Shown here: positions 61,117-64,000 of the stretch, one piece after another
Layout of the letters: each line of letters opens with the position of its first letter
Numbering within the stretch: the first letter of the stretch is position 1
Assembly: GCA_958295765.1 (NCBI GenBank)
Contig: CATQHB010000002.1
Span: 2,928,091 to 2,992,090 of the forward strand
Reading direction: 5' to 3'
Length of the DNA: 64,000 bases
Source of the DNA: an uncultured Dehalococcoidia bacterium
GTDB taxonomy: Bacteria; Chloroflexota; Dehalococcoidia; Lucifugimonadales; UBA3495
Position numbers and translations under genes: made by a program
The notes under the pieces: generated by a model
Told to the model about the DNA's origin: nothing
Databases searched by the model: none
What the model saw: the letters and a program-made list of their open reading frames with translations, nothing else

Positions 61117-62037
61117 CTACACCCCCTCCCACCCCAAAATTTCCCGCAGCAGGGCAAAGAACCGGGCCGCGTCCACCCGCTCCACCACCGCCACCGGGCC
61201 GTCCGGGGCGGTAACCCGGCTGGCGGCCCATTCCGGCCCGGCGGCGGTTGCCACCGACACGGCGGCCCGGCGGGTGGTCAACACCTCCGGGGCGATGGCG
61301 GCGGCCAGGGCCAGCGGATCATAAAACTCGAACCGTTCCCGCCGCGCCTCCCGCCGGAACCAGTTTTGCGCCAGTTGCGCCGCCAGTTGGCCCAGCCGAT
61401 TGCCCGGAGCGCGCAAGTTGGCGGCGGCCTCACGTCCGATGGCAACCTGCCGGCAGGCGGCCAGGTCAACCAGGGTCAGGGGAACGCCGCAAGTCAGAAC
61501 CTCCTGCGCCGCCGCCGGGTCGCTGTAAAAGTTGAACTCGGCATAGGGGGTGCTGTTGCCGGGGGCGTCCACTGCGCCGCCCATTACTACGATGGACGCC
61601 GCTTGGGACAGGGCGCCGGGGCGCTGCCGCTCCAGCCGGGCCAGGTTGGTCAGCGGCCCCAGGGCGGCAATGTGAACCTGTCCGGGCGCCGCGTCCAGTT
61701 GGGCCGCCAGGAAGTCCACCGCGCCGCCGGCGGCCGGACGGTTACGGGGTTTGGGCAAGCGGCGGGACAGTCCGCTCCAGCCGTGAAAGTGGTGGGCGTA
61801 GGGAAATTTCCCGTTGCCCTGGCCTGGCAAGGGGCGGGAACTGCCCCGCAATACCGGCACATCCCCTTGCCCGGCGTACTCCAGCAGGGCCAGGGCGTTG
61901 CGGACGCCCCGGGCCTGCGGCACGTTGCCGCCCACGACGGTCAGCCCGGCCACCTCCAGCGCAGGACAAGCCAGGGCCAGCAAAATGGCAATGGCGTCAT
62001 CCACGCCGGGGTCGGTGTCAATAATGATTCGGGCCAT
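61117..62037 (-). CDS. nucleoside hydrolase (IUNH family)
   Basis: 306 aa with the N-terminal IIDTDPGVDDAIAILLAL aspartate cluster. Confidence 0.85.
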   Translation of the reverse strand: MARIIIDTDPGVDDAIAILLALACPALEVAGLTVVGGNVPQARGVRNALALLEYAGQGDVPVLRGSSRPLPGQGNGKFPYAHHFHGWSGLSRRLPKPRNRPAAGGAVDFLAAQLDAAPGQVHIAALGPLTNLARLERQRPGALSQAASIVVMGGAVDAPGNSTPYAEFNFYSDPAAAQEVLTCGVPLTLVDLAACRQVAIGREAAANLRAPGNRLGQLAAQLAQNWFRREARRERFEFYDPLALAAAIAPEVLTTRRAAVSVATAAGPEWAASRVTAPDGPVAVVERVDAARFFALLREILGWEGV

Positions 62038-62076
62038 TGCTTGAATCCCTTGGCTATGCCGATATACGCCCTCTCC

Positions 62077-62808
62077 CCGCTCATCCTGAGCCTGTCGAAG
62101 GATGCCGGCAAGGTAAGGGGGCGTGGTTCGACAAGCTCACCATGAGCGGGCTTGTTCTTGTGAGCCGAATTCTGGTGAGCGGATTTTATTACCACTCCCC
62201 GCTCATCCTGAGCCTGTCGAAGGATGGCCGGAAGGTAAGGGGCGTGGTTCGACAAGCTCACCATGAGCGGACTTCGTTCTCCGGTATATCCGGTTAAGCC
62301 ATTGCTGGTATCCCGGCTAAACCTCGGTCAGGTTGGGCGACTCCTCCACTCCCCGCTCATTCTGAGCCTGTCGAAGGATGCCGGCAAGGTAAGGGGGCGT
62401 GGTTCGACAAGCTCACCATGAGCGGACTTAATTCTCTCCCCGCTCATTCTGAGCCTGTCGAAGGATGCCGGCAAGGTAAGGGGGCGTGGTTCGACAAGCT
62501 CACCATGAGCGGACTTAATTCTCTCCCCGCTCATTCTGAGCCTGTCGAAGGATGCCGGCAAGGTAAGGGGGCGTGGTTCGACAAGCTCACCATGAGCGGA
62601 CTTAATTCTCTCCCCGCTCATTCTGAGCCTGTCGAAGGATGCCGGCAAGGTAAGGGGGCGTGGTTCGACAAGCTCACCATGAGCGGACTTGTTCTTGTGA
62701 GCCGAATTCTGGTGAGCGGATTTTATTATCACTCCCCGCTCATCCTGAGCTTATCGAAGGATGCCGGCAAGGTAAGGTGGCGTGGTTCGACAAGCTCACC
62801 ATGAGCGG
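62077..62808. repeat. REP-A super-cluster: 87-bp tandem array (4 units, 62354..62701) nested in a ~538-bp direct duplication
   Basis: Unit starts at 62354, 62441, 62528 and 62615. The flanking segments ~62100-62340 and ~62639-62880 are near-identical. Confidence 0.9.
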
Positions 62809-62854
62809 ACTTCGTTCTCCGGTATATCCGGTTAAGCCATTGCTGGTATCCCGG

Positions 62855-63862
62855 CTAAACCTCGGTCAGGTTGGGCGACGCTTCTTCCAGGTAGAAATCG
62901 TTGGCCCACAGGTCGTCCAGTAGGGCCTGCTCCCCGTCGGTCAAGTCCGGCGTGTCCACCGCGTCGGTGTAGTGGCGCAATTCCTCCAGGTTGGTGAAGT
63001 TGGGCAGCACCGAGGTTATGGCCGGCGGGTAGAGGGCGAACTTGATGGCGGCCTGGGCCAGGGTGCGGCCGGTCTCCTCGCCGGCCAGGAACTTCACCTG
63101 CTCCACCTTGCGCAGCGCCTCCCGCAGCCACTCGGCCCGCCGGTGAGAGCGGTGGTCGCTTTCGTCAAAGGTAGGGGCCTCGGTATAGCGGCCGGTCAGC
63201 GCCTCCGAGGCGTGGGGCACCCGGGAGAGCAGCCCCACCTGGCAGTCCCGGGCGATGGGAAAGAAGTCTTTGGCCGGGTCCTGTTCCAGGATGCTGTAGA
63301 TGATTTGCAGGCTGCTGACCTGGCGCTCCCGCATGGCGGCCTCGCCCTCCTCGAACCAGCCGATGTCCGGCCCCAGGGCCACGCCGTAGTAGCGGATTTT
63401 GCCCTCGGCCCGCAACTGCTCCAGCGTCTCGAACAGCTCGTCCCGCTCCAGGGCGTCAATGCGGGGGTTATGCACCTGGTAGAGGTCGATGTAGTCGGAG
63501 TTGAGGCGGCGCAGGCTCTGTTCGCAGGCAAAGCGGACAAAGTCGGGGTCGAACTTCTGGGGCCGTTCCTGGTGGCCGATGCGGGGCGTGAGCTTGTCGT
63601 AGAAGTCGTAGCCGAACTTGGTGGCGATGACCAGGTCGTGGCGGCGGTGGCCCAGGACTTTCGCCAGGATTTCCTCGCCGTAGCCCTCGCCATAGGTATC
63701 GGCGGTATCGAAAAAGTTGACGCCCAGTTCGACGGCATTCTCCAGCAGGGCGGCCCGCTGCTCCTCGGGAATCTTGCCCCACCAGGTAGTAGCCACCGTC
63801 CAGACGCCAAAGCCCACCTCGGAAAGGGAAAGCTCGGTGCGGGGAAGGAGTCGGTATTTCAT
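62855..63862 (-). CDS. aldo/keto reductase
   Basis: 335 aa from ATG 63862 (MKYRLLPRT). GFGVW, FFDTADTYG.G..EE.L and LYQVHNP motifs. Confidence 0.85.
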   Translation of the reverse strand: MKYRLLPRTELSLSEVGFGVWTVATTWWGKIPEEQRAALLENAVELGVNFFDTADTYGEGYGEEILAKVLGHRRHDLVIATKFGYDFYDKLTPRIGHQERPQKFDPDFVRFACEQSLRRLNSDYIDLYQVHNPRIDALERDELFETLEQLRAEGKIRYYGVALGPDIGWFEEGEAAMRERQVSSLQIIYSILEQDPAKDFFPIARDCQVGLLSRVPHASEALTGRYTEAPTFDESDHRSHRRAEWLREALRKVEQVKFLAGEETGRTLAQAAIKFALYPPAITSVLPNFTNLEELRHYTDAVDTPDLTDGEQALLDDLWANDFYLEEASPNLTEV

Positions 63863-64000
63863 AGTTGTCGTTCCTTTTGTTGAGGGTTTGGGTTTGGGGC
63901 GGCGTCGAATCAAGTAGCAGGATAAACCGCATCAGGCTTAACGGATTTGGCTAATGCTGTCGCTGCCGAGGCTTTATCCTCCGCAGTCAGCGTCGCCATA

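Noticed and set aside
62328-62732. Possible CRISPR array, or a real 134-aa repeat protein
   Set aside because: The 87-bp units are identical end to end with no unique spacers, and each unit is a REP-A hairpin found all over the window. The peptide (4 x IKSAHGELVEPRPLTLPASFDRLRMSGER) is simply the translation of that repeat.

Overview
High-GC bacterial chromosomal segment: about 63% GC in one core 60-nt spot count, against 35-53% in three small islets. All product calls rest on motifs I recognise by eye, since no searches were run.

Core genes: clpP (3' end) and clpX; a minus-strand housekeeping run aroQ / Xaa-Pro peptidase / efp / xseA / xseB / PurN-like formyltransferase; dprA-topA-xerC; apt; one tRNA. 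There are also many enzymes and transporters: VWA lipoprotein, MBL hydrolase, dienelactone hydrolase, split TPP decarboxylase, flavin reductase, arylsulfotransferase-like propeller, 2 SMP-30/gluconolactonase paralogues, LiaF-like, NUDIX, F420/Ddn-like, 2 MFS, RDD, amidohydrolase, nucleoside hydrolase and aldo/keto reductase.

By my rough tally about 10 kb (about 16%) is intergenic. Almost all of it is filled by at least six families of palindromic REP/MITE-like repeats, which also generate many spurious ORFs and false N-terminal extensions in the ORF track.

Most notable observations:
1. Two tandem rhodanese genes carry an in-frame TGA exactly at the catalytic Cys codon, with a conserved downstream hairpin. 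They are probably selenoproteins that the ORF track truncates.
2. A two-gene HEPN-like plus small-partner cassette is present three times, together with a PaREP1-like HEPN gene, inserted into the conserved aroQ-pepP-efp-xseA-xseB operon.
3. An envelope locus holds four co-directional polytopic membrane proteins. Three share an unrecognised C-terminal domain of about 105 aa, and one is frameshifted at a C13 tract.
4. A GC-poor DUF5131/TcmP-like pair.
5. A GC-poor type II R-M cassette and a solitary Mrr-like DUF3883 gene.
6. Two divergent paralogues with tandem-repeat coiled coils and a nuclease-like C-terminus, driven by conserved leaderless-type promoters.

Taxon cannot be determined here. The F420-type enzyme, the leaderless promoters and the Firmicutes-like synteny are compatible with Chloroflexota or Actinomycetota-like lineages, but that is a guess.
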